This document shows, one piece after another, positions 37,722-47,688 of a stretch of DNA of 64,000 nt (within the stretch, counting starts at the first letter, position 1; every line of letters starts with the position of its first letter). Made by a program: the position numbers and the translations under genes. The notes beneath the pieces are model-generated. The model had not been told where the DNA came from, made no database searches, and worked only from the letters and a program-made list of their open reading frames with translations. Where the stretch lies: assembly GCA_963754315.1 (NCBI GenBank), contig CAVWFS010000007.1, positions 576,001 through 640,000 on the forward strand, given 5' to 3'. The stretch comes from an uncultured Candidatus Rokubacteria bacterium (GTDB lineage: Bacteria > Methylomirabilota > Methylomirabilia > Rokubacteriales > CSP1-6).

Positions 37722-38843
37722 ATGGCACTCTTCTGGTCGGCCGTTCTCGTCTTGCTCCTCCTGCTGGGCCCTCGCCCGGTCCCGGCCCACGAGGCGTCGT
37801 CCCTGCTGGCGCTTCTCCCCGACGTGAGGCTGCTGCCCTCGCCATCCGCGGCTTCTTCCTTAGCGGCGCATGAGGAAGGTCGGGCGTCCCCCCCGTGCGA
37901 CCAGCTCCGGATCCTGCCTGACGACCGCGACGGTCCTTGCCAGGGATCCGCCCTCACCCTGTCTGGCCTCCAGGAGTCAGCCGGGGAGGAGACGCCGACG
38001 TTCGAGTCCGCACAAGAAAGGCCCCGGCCGAGCAGGTTCTGGACATTTGCGATTCCTGTCGGTGTGGTTGCGGGAGCCTCCGCCAACGCGTTTCTGGAAA
38101 CTCCCCACCAGAGCTTCCACTTCGGTAACGAGGGCTGGTTCGGAAAGAACACCTACGCCGGAGGCGCCGACAAGGCATCCCACTTCGTTGATTTCTACAT
38201 CCTCTCCAAGGAGCTGTCCTTCCTCTACGCCAAGCTGGGCTACTCGCAAACGCAGTCGATCCTGGCGGGAGTGGGAATCACCGTGCTCGGCGGTCTCACC
38301 AACGAATTCGGGGATGGCTTCAACCGCTACGGGTTCTCGTACGAGGATCTTGTCATGGACACGGCCGGGGCGATCAGCGCGGCGCTGGTTTCCTGGTTCG
38401 GTGCCCACGACCTGGTTGGTTTCCGCCGCGGATTCCTGCTCCCGCCCTACAGCAGTTCTGCTTGCTGTCCCCCCGACAGCGTGGGCCAGGCCTACCAGAA
38501 CCAGATCTTCACGGCCGATCTCAAGCTGGCCGGGGTCGCCCGCCGGCTCAATCTTAACGTCGGCCCTCTGCGGTACCTCCTCGTGTCCGCGACCTATGCC
38601 ACCAAAGGCTACCCGACGGAGGTTCCCAGCCTGTTTGAACGTCAGGTCGGCGTCGAGATCGGCCTCAATCTCGAGGAGATCCTCAACTCCCTTGGCGTGC
38701 GCCGCAACACCTGGTGGGGCTATGGGCTCCACGTCGTGCTCGATAACATCAGACTGCCCTTTACCTCCGTCGGGTTCCAGTACGATCTGAACAGCGGACA
38801 ATGGTTTGGGCCCGGCAATGGCAACAGCTATGCGACGCGGTAA
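37722..38843 (+). CDS. YfiM/DUF2279-like exported or outer-membrane protein
   Basis: Signal peptide, YAGGADKASHF, EFGDGF, GFSYEDL. Confidence 0.65.
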   Translation: MALFWSAVLVLLLLLGPRPVPAHEASSLLALLPDVRLLPSPSAASSLAAHEEGRASPPCDQLRILPDDRDGPCQGSALTLSGLQESAGEETPTFESAQERPRPSRFWTFAIPVGVVAGASANAFLETPHQSFHFGNEGWFGKNTYAGGADKASHFVDFYILSKELSFLYAKLGYSQTQSILAGVGITVLGGLTNEFGDGFNRYGFSYEDLVMDTAGAISAALVSWFGAHDLVGFRRGFLLPPYSSSACCPPDSVGQAYQNQIFTADLKLAGVARRLNLNVGPLRYLLVSATYATKGYPTEVPSLFERQVGVEIGLNLEEILNSLGVRRNTWWGYGLHVVLDNIRLPFTSVGFQYDLNSGQWFGPGNGNSYATR

Positions 38844-38945
38844 GGGTAAACGCCGAGCCGGCCTCGAGGAAGCGGATAGAATACGAACGATGAGCTGTCC
38901 GGGGATCGCCGACACACCCTGCGCCGCGCGCCCAGCACCCAGCCC

Positions 38946-40127
38946 GTGCTGACCCTCGACTATCTCCTGCTGGTGCTGACGGCGCTATCGGCCCTGTACT
39001 CGCTTGTCGCCATCGTCTGTGTGGCTGCCTTCGGGCGCCGCCGGCTGGCCCAGGGGAAGTGGACACCACCGATCAGCGTGCTCAAGCCCCTGTCGCGGGC
39101 GGACGAACATCTCTACCAGAACCTGCGCAGCTTCTGCGAGCAGGACTATCCAACCTTCCAGGTGCTGTTCGGCGTCCAGGACGCGAACGATCCGGCCGTC
39201 CGCGTCGTCGACCGCCTGGTGGCGGAGTTCCCGCATCTGGATCTACGACTCATCGTCAACGATCGGATCATCGGAGCCAACCACAAGATCAGCAACGTCG
39301 CCAACCTCTGCCGGCAGGCTCAGCACGCGGTCCTCGTCCTTGCCGACAGCGACATGCGTGTTGATCGAGACTACCTCCGTGCCGTGGTCACGCCCCTGCA
39401 GGACGACTCGGTCGGGTTGGTGACTTGCCTCTACCGAAGCGCCCCCCGCCCTGGTGTGGGGGCCAGGCTCGCGGCCATGTTCGTCAACGAGTGGTTCTTC
39501 CCGGCGGTGCTCGTGGGCGCTCGCGTTCAGCCCCTCCGACACGCCTTCGGGGCCACCATCGCCTGTCGCCGCGAGCCGCTGGCTGCCATCGGTGGCTTTG
39601 AGGCGGTGGCCGACTATCTCGCGGACGACTACATGCTCGGGTCGCTCATCAGCCAGCGCGGCCTGCGCGTCGTGTTGTCACCGTATATCGTCGAGAACGC
39701 CGGCAGCGAGCGAGACCCTGCGAGTCTCTTCTTCCGCGAGCTCCGGTGGACCCGGACATTTCGAACCATGCGGCCCCAGTCGTACTTTTTTTCCGTCATC
39801 ACGCACGGCATTCCCCTGTCGGGGCTCTACATGATCAGCTCGGGGTTTTCCGAGCTGGCGTTGATCATGGGGGCGGTGCACCTGGGGCTCCGCGGCGGCG
39901 GTGGCCTGGTGGTCTATCCGGCCCTGGGGCTGCCGGTCCCGCAGGGCCGCCTGTGGCTGCTGCCCCTTCGCGAGGGTCTGTCATTCATCACCTGGCTCCT
40001 CAGCTTCCTCGGGCAGAGCGTGCGCTGGAATGGCCGGCGTCTGCGCGTCGATGCGAACGGAAAGCTTCACCCGCTTGCGGCGGCGGCGGCGCCACCTCCG
40101 CATCCATCATCTTCCCGACCCGGATAG
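38946..40127 (+). CDS. hpnI: Hopanoid glycosyltransferase HpnI (ceramide glucosyltransferase family)
   Basis: SVLKPL, QDYP, GANHKISN, ADSDM, LADDYMLG, RELRWTRT; directly upstream of hpnJ. Confidence 0.88.
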   Translation: MLTLDYLLLVLTALSALYSLVAIVCVAAFGRRRLAQGKWTPPISVLKPLSRADEHLYQNLRSFCEQDYPTFQVLFGVQDANDPAVRVVDRLVAEFPHLDLRLIVNDRIIGANHKISNVANLCRQAQHAVLVLADSDMRVDRDYLRAVVTPLQDDSVGLVTCLYRSAPRPGVGARLAAMFVNEWFFPAVLVGARVQPLRHAFGATIACRREPLAAIGGFEAVADYLADDYMLGSLISQRGLRVVLSPYIVENAGSERDPASLFFRELRWTRTFRTMRPQSYFFSVITHGIPLSGLYMISSGFSELALIMGAVHLGLRGGGGLVVYPALGLPVPQGRLWLLPLREGLSFITWLLSFLGQSVRWNGRRLRVDANGKLHPLAAAAAPPPHPSSSRPG

Positions 40128-40137
40128 GAGACGACCC

Positions 40138-41595
40138 ATGCAGGCGACGGCTGGCTCGTATCTGCGCACGCTCTTTCTCCATCCTCCCTCCTACCAGGGA
40201 TTCGATGGCGGGGCCGGCGCGCGGTATCAAGCTCGCCGCGAGATCCGCTCCTTCTGGTATCCAACCTGGCTCGCCCAGCCTGCCGCGCTCGTCCCGGGCT
40301 CCCGCCTCGTGGATGCGCCACCCGATGGGCTGACCGTGGACCATGTCCTTGGGCTGGCGCGCTCGTACGAGCTGGCCGTCCTGCACACGAGCACGCCCTC
40401 GTTCGCACACGATGTGAAGGTGGCGGAGGCGCTCAAAGCCGTGAACCCCGGTCTGCGGATCGGTTTCGTGGGCGCCCACGTGGCGGTTGATCCGGTCGCT
40501 GCCCTCGGCGCCTCCGACGCCATCGAGTTCGTGGCCGGCGCCGAGTTCGATTTCACCATTCAAGAGGTGGCGCAGGGCCGCCCCCTGCGCGCGATTCCGG
40601 GGCTGAGCTACCGCGAGAACGGTGGCGTCAAGCACACGCTTCCGCGCCCTACCCTGGAGGACATGGACACGCTTCCCTTTGTGGTCGATGTCTACAAGCG
40701 GGATCTGACCATCGACAACTACGCGATCGGGTATCTGTTACACCCCTTCGTCTCCCTCTACACCGGGCGGGGCTGTCGCTCGAAGTGCACCTTTTGTCTG
40801 TGGCCGCAGACGGTGGGCGGCCACCGCTACCGCACGCGCAGCGTGGAGCACGTCGTCGAGGAGATCGCGCTGGCCACTCGGTACTTCCCACGGGTCAAGG
40901 AGTACTTCTTCGACGACGACACGTTCACCGACGACCTACCGCGCGCCGAAGCCATTGCGCGCGGCCTCGGTAGGCTCGGGGTCACCTGGTCGTGTAACGC
41001 CAAGGCCAATGTCCCCTATCCCACCCTGAAGGTGCTCAAAGACAATGGCCTGCGCCTCCTGCTCGTGGGCTACGAATCTGGGAATCAGGACATCCTGAAC
41101 GCGATCAAGAAAGGGACGCGCCTGGACATCGCCCGTCGGTTCACCGCCGACGCCAAGACGCTTGGCATCAAGATTCACGGAACGTTCATCCTCGGACTCC
41201 CTGGGGAGACGCCAGAGACCGTTCAGAACACGATCCGGTTCGCGCAGGAGCTGGACCCCCACACGATTCAGGTCTCCATGGCTGCCCCCTATCCGGGAAC
41301 GGCTCTCTACCAGCAAGCCCTCGAGAACGGATGGATCGTGCAGAGCGCGCTGGTCGACGACGCCGGCCTGCAAGCGAGCGTACTGTCCTATCCACACCTT
41401 TCCAGTACCGAGATCTTCCACTCGACCGAGGAGTTCTATCGCCGCTTCTATTTCCGTCCGCGAAAGATGTTTGCCATGGCTCGGGACACGATGAGCAGTC
41501 CCCGAGTCCTGCGCCGCCGCCTCCGCGAGGGGGTCGATTTCCTGCGGTTCCTGACCGCACACCGACGGAATCCCGCCTCCCCCAACACGGGGTAG
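40138..41595 (+). CDS. hpnJ: Hopanoid-associated radical SAM protein HpnJ
   Basis: FDGGAGARYQARREIRSFWYPTWLAQPAA, CRSKCTFC, LWPQTVGGH. Confidence 0.95.
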   Translation: MQATAGSYLRTLFLHPPSYQGFDGGAGARYQARREIRSFWYPTWLAQPAALVPGSRLVDAPPDGLTVDHVLGLARSYELAVLHTSTPSFAHDVKVAEALKAVNPGLRIGFVGAHVAVDPVAALGASDAIEFVAGAEFDFTIQEVAQGRPLRAIPGLSYRENGGVKHTLPRPTLEDMDTLPFVVDVYKRDLTIDNYAIGYLLHPFVSLYTGRGCRSKCTFCLWPQTVGGHRYRTRSVEHVVEEIALATRYFPRVKEYFFDDDTFTDDLPRAEAIARGLGRLGVTWSCNAKANVPYPTLKVLKDNGLRLLLVGYESGNQDILNAIKKGTRLDIARRFTADAKTLGIKIHGTFILGLPGETPETVQNTIRFAQELDPHTIQVSMAAPYPGTALYQQALENGWIVQSALVDDAGLQASVLSYPHLSSTEIFHSTEEFYRRFYFRPRKMFAMARDTMSSPRVLRRRLREGVDFLRFLTAHRRNPASPNTG

Positions 41596-41597
41596 GC

Positions 41598-42851
41598 TCA
41601 GCGAGCTTCCAGCTCGCTCTGGATCCCGAAGTAGTCGGTATACGCCTTGAAGCGGTGCCGGAGGTCATCCGGATCGAGCCCGAACGTGGCCAGCGAGTAC
41701 GCGTGCGAGCCGTACTTGTCCTTGGGATTCTCCGCGAGATGCTGGCGCATTCGAGCCTCGGCCGCCGCGCTGAAGGGAAAATCGAAGTTGGCATAGAGGC
41801 GGTGGACGGTGGCGAGGGGGTCCTCGACCAGCTCGCGATAGTGCACGTCGGCGAATCGCTCATTGCCGAAGCCACGATCGGCACGGCTGTGGAGGAGGCG
41901 CTCGAGCCCATCCGACCAGTGCTGGGCTACCTCGACGCCAATTTCGGACAGATCGACGTGATCCGAGAAGGCCGCCCGCAGGACGGCGGTCAGGCTCGCG
42001 ACGGAGGAGAGGACGGCGACCGGATCGCGGTGCGTCTGGACGACGACGGCATCGGGATACGTCTCGCAGAGCGCATCCACCCCATGGGCGTGTGACGGTG
42101 CCTTAAGGACCCAGCGCCGGGCGGGACGGCGCCACTGCAGGTGCTGGAGAAACCGCCGGTGCACGTCGTAGGCCGGACGCAGGTCCTGCCGCCCAAGCCA
42201 CGCCTGGTAGTTGGGCACCCGATACATTGTGTGGAAACGCTGGCTCAGGAACGAGTGACTCATGATGGCCATGCACTCCAACGGTAACTGCGCGCCAAGC
42301 GGATGAATGGTCTTGAAGCCCGGGGCGAGCCGATCCAGCCATCGGAGATCGCGCGCAGCCCGGTCAATACGCGGATCGGCCGCGTCGTCCCGTCCCTCCG
42401 GCGGAGGCGATGGCGCCATGACCTCCCAGGCCTCCGCCACGCGATTCGCCGGGTCCTGGGCGAGCAAGTGATGCAACAGCGTACTGCCCGTCCGGGGGAG
42501 CCCCATGATGACGAGCGGACGGTCGATCCGCTCGTCGCTGATGGCCGGGTGACGCCGACGATCCGCCTGCATCTGCAGACGGTGCACCAGCAGCGAGACA
42601 GTGTCCCGCCGAGCCACAAAGCGGCCCAGCCACGTCAGGTGCGCCTCCGTCTCGTAGTCCTGCAACAGAACCCGAAGGGCCGCCCTGAACTCTCCATCCC
42701 CGAAGTCTTGGAGGTTGGCTTGGCGGCGGGCCGCCTCCAGGACGGTACGTTCGTCCAGGGTGGCCGTGCGAACCCCCACGCGTCCGAGGGAGCGTCCGGC
42801 AACATTGATGGTGCGGATGACGGCGCGGAAAGCGGCAGAGGTAACAGTCAT
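41598..42851 (-). CDS. Sulfotransferase family protein
   Basis: GLPRTGSTLLH (PAPS loop), WVLKAPSH, QTHRDP. Confidence 0.9.
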   Translation of the reverse strand: MTVTSAAFRAVIRTINVAGRSLGRVGVRTATLDERTVLEAARRQANLQDFGDGEFRAALRVLLQDYETEAHLTWLGRFVARRDTVSLLVHRLQMQADRRRHPAISDERIDRPLVIMGLPRTGSTLLHHLLAQDPANRVAEAWEVMAPSPPPEGRDDAADPRIDRAARDLRWLDRLAPGFKTIHPLGAQLPLECMAIMSHSFLSQRFHTMYRVPNYQAWLGRQDLRPAYDVHRRFLQHLQWRRPARRWVLKAPSHAHGVDALCETYPDAVVVQTHRDPVAVLSSVASLTAVLRAAFSDHVDLSEIGVEVAQHWSDGLERLLHSRADRGFGNERFADVHYRELVEDPLATVHRLYANFDFPFSAAAEARMRQHLAENPKDKYGSHAYSLATFGLDPDDLRHRFKAYTDYFGIQSELEAR

Positions 42852-42994
42852 AGCGAGCCATGGTAACCGCTGAGGCAAAGGTCGGCCAAGTCTGGCGGCG
42901 GAGGTCCGGCAGACGGAGGCTGGTAGGCGCGAATCGAAACCTCGTGCGAGCGCAGCCCATGAGGGTCACGTATGCCAAACTAGACGGGGGGGCC

Positions 42995-43672
42995 ATGCGC
43001 ATCCTAGTCGCCGAGGACGAGCGAAAGGTGGCGAGCTTCATCCGGCAGGGCCTCGAAGAAGAGGGGCATGCGGTGGAGGTGGCCACTGACGGGGAGACGG
43101 CCCTCGGACTCATTGTCGACGGTCCGCCCTATGACCTGATCGTTCTCGACGTCATGCTTCCCAGACGCGACGGTTTCGCCGTCCTACGCGCGCTGCGCCG
43201 GCATGGGCTTCCCACTCCGGTTCTTGTCCTGACCGCGCGCGATAGCGTCGCCGACAAGGTAACTGGCCTCGACGTCGGCGCCGACGACTACCTCACGAAG
43301 CCCTTCGCCTTCGAGGAGTTCCTGGCCCGTGTACGCGCCCTCCTGCGCCGGGGTAGCGAGGCCAAGAGCCCCGTCCTCAGAGTGGCCGATCTGCTCCTCG
43401 ACCCAGCCCGTCGCGAGGTGCGACGTGGAGAGCGGCGCATCATCTTGACCGCGCGGGAGTATGCCCTGCTCGAGTACTTCATGCGCAATACCGGGCGCGT
43501 CCTCACCCGCCCCATGATCACTGAGCACGTGTGGGGCCTCGATTTCGACCCGGAGAGCAACGTGGTGGATGTCTATGTCGGCTATGTGCGCCGCAAGATC
43601 GAGGCCGAGGGTGAGCGGCCGCTGCTCCGGACGATGCGGGGCGCCGGGTACGTGCTCAGAGCTGGCGACTGA
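42995..43672 (+). CDS. OmpR-family response regulator (CusR/CzcR-like)
   Basis: ILVAEDE, LDVMLP, GADDYLTKPF, NVVDVYVGYVRRKI. Confidence 0.95.
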   Translation: MRILVAEDERKVASFIRQGLEEEGHAVEVATDGETALGLIVDGPPYDLIVLDVMLPRRDGFAVLRALRRHGLPTPVLVLTARDSVADKVTGLDVGADDYLTKPFAFEEFLARVRALLRRGSEAKSPVLRVADLLLDPARREVRRGERRIILTAREYALLEYFMRNTGRVLTRPMITEHVWGLDFDPESNVVDVYVGYVRRKIEAEGERPLLRTMRGAGYVLRAGD

Positions 43673-45111
43673 TGCGCCCGCTGTCCATTCGTAGCCGTCT
43701 CACGATCTGGTACTCGCTGACCTTGCTCGCCATTCTCCTGGTCGTGGGCGGCCTCTCGTATTCCCTGCTGCGCACGCGTCTGCTTCAAGACCTCGATACC
43801 TCGCTCCTCACGGTAGCGCAGGCTATCCAGAGCACCAGTCCTCCCGTGGAGGACGCCGGACCTGGCCCCCTCGAGCAGTGGATGCGTGAGATGCTGGGCA
43901 ACGAGCTCTACGACAAGTTCTTCCAGTTTCTCGATCCTGATGGCCATCCGGGCCTGCGCTCGCCGGGGCCTCAGAACGACCGGCTGCCCCTCTCACCCGA
44001 AGCGCGCCGGAACGCGCTGGTCGGCAGGAGCACGTTCGAGACCGTGGATCTGGTTCCGCAAGGCGCCACCCGTCTGTTGACGATTCCCCTCGTCCGCGAG
44101 GGCAAAGTCGTCCAGCTCGTCCAGGTCGGCCTGCCGCTCGCGCGGACCCGCCGGACGCTTTCGCGCTATCTTCAGACGTTGCTTCTGCTCATTCCAGCCG
44201 GCGTCGCTCTGGCAGCCGTGGGAGGGGCCGCCGTCGCCCGTACCGCGCTCAGGCCGGTGGACGCCATGTCGGCGACCGCCCGGCGCATCACGGCAGAGGA
44301 CCTCGCGCAACGTGTCCCGCGACGAGGTTCCGGTGATGAACTGGATCGTTTGGCCGATACCTTGAACGGCATGCTTACCCGGCTCGAGGCCACCTTCGCC
44401 CAGATGCGCCGCTTCGCGGCCGACGCTGCCCACGAGCTGCGGACGCCGCTCGCCGCCCTGAAGGGCAGCATCGAAGTCGCCCTGCGCGCCGAGCGCACGC
44501 CTGAGGCCTATCGTCACGTGCTCACGTCGAACCTGGAGGAGGCGCATCGGTTGATCCGCCTGGCCGAGGATCTCCTGCTCCTGTCACGTGCCACAGCCGG
44601 TCTCGAGGGGCCGCGAGCTCCCGTCGATCTCGAATCAATCCTGCTCGAGGCTCTCGATCTCGGCGTACGACTCGGTCAGGAAGCCGGCGTCACCGTCCGC
44701 GTGAAGGAGCTGACGGCCGTCACCATCCGCGGCGAGGAGGTCGCTCTGCGACGAGCCGTGATCAATCTGGTGGAGAACGCGGTGAAGTACACGCCACGCG
44801 GTGGAGCCGTCGATCTGTCCTTGACTCGGAGCGATGGCGCCGCCTTCATCACCGTGGCCGACACGGGGATCGGCCTAGATCCGGTCGATGCTGAACGCAT
44901 CTTCGAGCCGTTCGTCCGGCTCGACGCGGCCCGCGCGCGCGAGACGGGCGGCACCGGTCTTGGGCTGGCCATCACGCGATCGATCATCACGGCCCACGGC
45001 GGCACGATCTCGGTGCAGAGCGTTCCTGGTTCCGGCAGCCGGTTCGTCATTAAATTCGCGGGTCCCGCGATGTCCCTCCAAGCCCCGCAGCCCTCGACAC
45101 GCTCGGCGTGA
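43672..45111 (+). CDS. HAMP sensor histidine kinase (CusS-like)
   Basis: Two TM segments, HAMP, AAHELRTPL, NLVENAVKY, GGTGLGL; TGATG coupling with the regulator. Confidence 0.93.
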   Translation: MRPLSIRSRLTIWYSLTLLAILLVVGGLSYSLLRTRLLQDLDTSLLTVAQAIQSTSPPVEDAGPGPLEQWMREMLGNELYDKFFQFLDPDGHPGLRSPGPQNDRLPLSPEARRNALVGRSTFETVDLVPQGATRLLTIPLVREGKVVQLVQVGLPLARTRRTLSRYLQTLLLLIPAGVALAAVGGAAVARTALRPVDAMSATARRITAEDLAQRVPRRGSGDELDRLADTLNGMLTRLEATFAQMRRFAADAAHELRTPLAALKGSIEVALRAERTPEAYRHVLTSNLEEAHRLIRLAEDLLLLSRATAGLEGPRAPVDLESILLEALDLGVRLGQEAGVTVRVKELTAVTIRGEEVALRRAVINLVENAVKYTPRGGAVDLSLTRSDGAAFITVADTGIGLDPVDAERIFEPFVRLDAARARETGGTGLGLAITRSIITAHGGTISVQSVPGSGSRFVIKFAGPAMSLQAPQPSTRSA

Positions 45112-45180
45112 GCGCGGGGGGCGCGCGTCGACTGCACCCGGACTCTGGCTCTGCCCGATCGACGAGACCCCAGGCAACGC

Positions 45181-46383
45181 TCAGGTGTCCTGGGAGCGCT
45201 GCACAAGGGGCCGCAGACGAGGAAGAATGGCCGCCACGACGACGGCCAACACGCTCAGGCCGAACCACCCGATCCGGTACGAGTCGGTCGCCTCCACCAC
45301 CAGCCCGAACAGCGGCGGCCCCACCAGCACCCCGCCCCACGCGAAGATGACTCCGAGCCCCGTCATCAGCCCGGCAAACCGGGTACCGCCAATCTCCGCC
45401 ATCAGGGCGAAGAAGAGGCCGACCCAGCCAAAGGCGCCGAGGCCGGTCAGGAAAGCGATGGCACCGGCCCAGAGAGGCGAGAGCGCACCGCCGAGCGCGA
45501 AGCCGACGAGGCCGGCGGCGGCGATCAGAGCGTTCAGGGTCAATCCTGGTCGACGACGCCCTTCGAAGAATCGATCGCTGACGACACCCCACCCGAGTCG
45601 ACCGGCCGCGCCGCCGACGTGGGCCAGTGCGAGCAAGCGTGCCGCATCCACGTTTGATAGCGCGAAGGTATCACGCGCGTACAGCACCAGATACGCGAGC
45701 ACCGACGACTGCACGATCCCGAGTCCGAGGCCGCACGCGAGAACGACCTGCACCTCGGTCCGTCGCACCACGGGGCCGAGGTCGGCGAACGACGCTGTGC
45801 TCGGCGTGCCTTGCGCCACTCGGGCCGGGGCTTCCCGATAGGTCGAGATCACGAGCAGTGCGGTCACCAGCGACAGGGCGGCGCCGAGCAGCACGGCGAC
45901 TCGCCAGCCCAGGAGCAGCGCAATCGGGGGCAGGAGTAAGGCAGACACGATTCCGCCCAGGGTCAGCCCTGCTTGCTTGACTCCCATGGCCAGGCCCCGC
46001 TCCCGCGCAGGGAACCAATCGTAAATGGCCCGTCCCGTCGTCGGGTTCAGCATGCCGAACCCAAAGCCCGCGATGACCAGGATGGCGAGCAGGAGGGGCA
46101 CGAAGGGGGCGATGACGGTCAAGCCCATCGCTCCCGCGATGAGGACCAACCCCCCGACGAGTGGTCGCCCGACCCCGTATCGCTCGGTCAGCGAGCCGGC
46201 CGGTAGGGACATGAGGACGCCTCCCAGATACACGGCCGGCAGGAACAGGCCAATCTCGACCCGCGAGAGCCGCAATCCATCGACGAGGAACGGCGCCAAG
46301 GGAGCCACGGCGAGCGCGGCCAGCGAGCCCAGCGCATGCGCAAGGCTCATGAGGAACAGCACAACCCAGCGCGTCGGGGTCAC
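45181..46383 (-). CDS. MFS transporter
   Basis: About 12 TM segments, GSLTERYG, WFPARERGLAMG, GVVSDRFF. Confidence 0.9.
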   Translation of the reverse strand: MTPTRWVVLFLMSLAHALGSLAALAVAPLAPFLVDGLRLSRVEIGLFLPAVYLGGVLMSLPAGSLTERYGVGRPLVGGLVLIAGAMGLTVIAPFVPLLLAILVIAGFGFGMLNPTTGRAIYDWFPARERGLAMGVKQAGLTLGGIVSALLLPPIALLLGWRVAVLLGAALSLVTALLVISTYREAPARVAQGTPSTASFADLGPVVRRTEVQVVLACGLGLGIVQSSVLAYLVLYARDTFALSNVDAARLLALAHVGGAAGRLGWGVVSDRFFEGRRRPGLTLNALIAAAGLVGFALGGALSPLWAGAIAFLTGLGAFGWVGLFFALMAEIGGTRFAGLMTGLGVIFAWGGVLVGPPLFGLVVEATDSYRIGWFGLSVLAVVVAAILPRLRPLVQRSQDT

Positions 46384-46418
46384 GTCGTCCCGTCCCGCGT
46401 GCGTTGCCGGACGGCGCC

Positions 46419-46493
46419 CTACAGCGTGACGAGCAGCTTGCCGAAGTTCTCGCTGCGCAGGAGCCCGATGAAGGCGCCGGAGGCCTCGGTCAT
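46419..46493 (-). pseudogene. 24-aa remnant of a YncB/CurA-type NADP-dependent oxidoreductase
   Basis: MTEASGAFIGLLRSENFGKLLVTL* resembles the family C-terminus (AFIGLLxGxNFGK). Has an AAGGAGG RBS and ATGA overlap with the ligB stop. Confidence 0.6.
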
Positions 46494-47344
46494 CCGGCCG
46501 CCTCCTTCACGAGCTCATTCCAGACCACCATGCCGGTCCCGGACCGCCAGGCTACGGCCGGCATGTAGGCCAGCACGTCCGCGGGTCCTCGTGTGAAGGC
46601 CAGGACCAGGATCCAGGCGAGTAACTCCGCGGTCCCCCCGGATCCGGCCGCCTCCATGCGCTCGAGGGTGCACTCGTTCAACAAGGCCTGGTGATCACCT
46701 CGCTTCAGGAGATCGAGAAACCAGCGGTCGAAGGGCTCGTCGACCCAGAAGTAGCGGGGCCCGCCCGGCTCGTGGGACAGCCCGCCGGTGGCGATCACCG
46801 CAATGCGGTCTCGGCCGGGAAAGGCGTGGACGACGTCGCGCAGAACACAGCCGACCTCGTAGGCGCGGCTCGGATTCGGAATCGGCGGGACCGTGCAGTT
46901 CATGGTCACCGGCACCAACCGGAAGCGGGCATCGGGGTTCAGATAGTGGGTCGGGACCGAGATGCCATCGTCGAACTGCATGGCTCGCAGGTAGGACAGA
47001 GCGACACCCCGACGGGCGGCCTCGTTGACGATGAAGCGCGCGAGGGTGGGATGGCCCGGAATCCGGTACTTCTCCATCCCTAGCCACTCGTCGAACCAGT
47101 CGGCGGGGCCGACGTGCTCTTCGCCAATGCCAACGGTGTATTCGGGGATGTTGTTCATCGGCCAGTTGAGCAGATGGTCATTGCTGAACATCACCAGCAC
47201 ATCGGGACGGGCCGCCTCCAGGCGCCGACGCATCTCCGCGGTGGCCTGCAGAGCGAGCTGTTGATGCTCTTCGGGGGCTCGGGTAAACCACCCCGTGAGG
47301 CCCGGTGAATGGGTCATGGCCATGGCCGCGACGATGTGCCCCAT
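46490..47344 (-). CDS. Extradiol ring-cleavage dioxygenase, LigB-type catalytic subunit
   Basis: THSPG, SNDH, ATGGLSHEPG, GTAELLAW. Confidence 0.88.
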   Translation of the reverse strand: MGHIVAAMAMTHSPGLTGWFTRAPEEHQQLALQATAEMRRRLEAARPDVLVMFSNDHLLNWPMNNIPEYTVGIGEEHVGPADWFDEWLGMEKYRIPGHPTLARFIVNEAARRGVALSYLRAMQFDDGISVPTHYLNPDARFRLVPVTMNCTVPPIPNPSRAYEVGCVLRDVVHAFPGRDRIAVIATGGLSHEPGGPRYFWVDEPFDRWFLDLLKRGDHQALLNECTLERMEAAGSGGTAELLAWILVLAFTRGPADVLAYMPAVAWRSGTGMVVWNELVKEAAG

Positions 47345-47688
47345 CAGGCGCTCCCCTCCCGCCGCTCCTGCAACGTCATGCTCTGGGCGGTCTCGACGGG
47401 GAAGGCGCGACGGTAGCACTCCAGGGTCGCGCTGGCGTTGGTGTTCTGCGTGGTGCCGAAGAAGAGGCGCAGAATCTGGGGGACGTAGTACTGGTGCACC
47501 CCAAGATCCATGAGGCGACGCGGGTCTCGGTCGCGGAGGGCCTCCTCTTCGGCTGTCGAGAGCCCGAACTGCCGGGCGAGGCCTGGCAGATCCGTCAGCA
47601 TTCGCGCCCGCAGCTCGGGGTCCCGCCGCACGTGGTAGATCATCTCGTTGGTGGGAAGCGTCTTGTCACAGCGCTCCACGTTCCCCAT
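47344..47688 (-). CDS. LigA-like small subunit of extradiol dioxygenase
   Basis: DPELRAR...FGLSTAEEEAL...LMDLGVHQY pattern; translationally coupled to the LigB gene. Confidence 0.72.
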   Translation of the reverse strand: MGNVERCDKTLPTNEMIYHVRRDPELRARMLTDLPGLARQFGLSTAEEEALRDRDPRRLMDLGVHQYYVPQILRLFFGTTQNTNASATLECYRRAFPVETAQSMTLQERREGSA

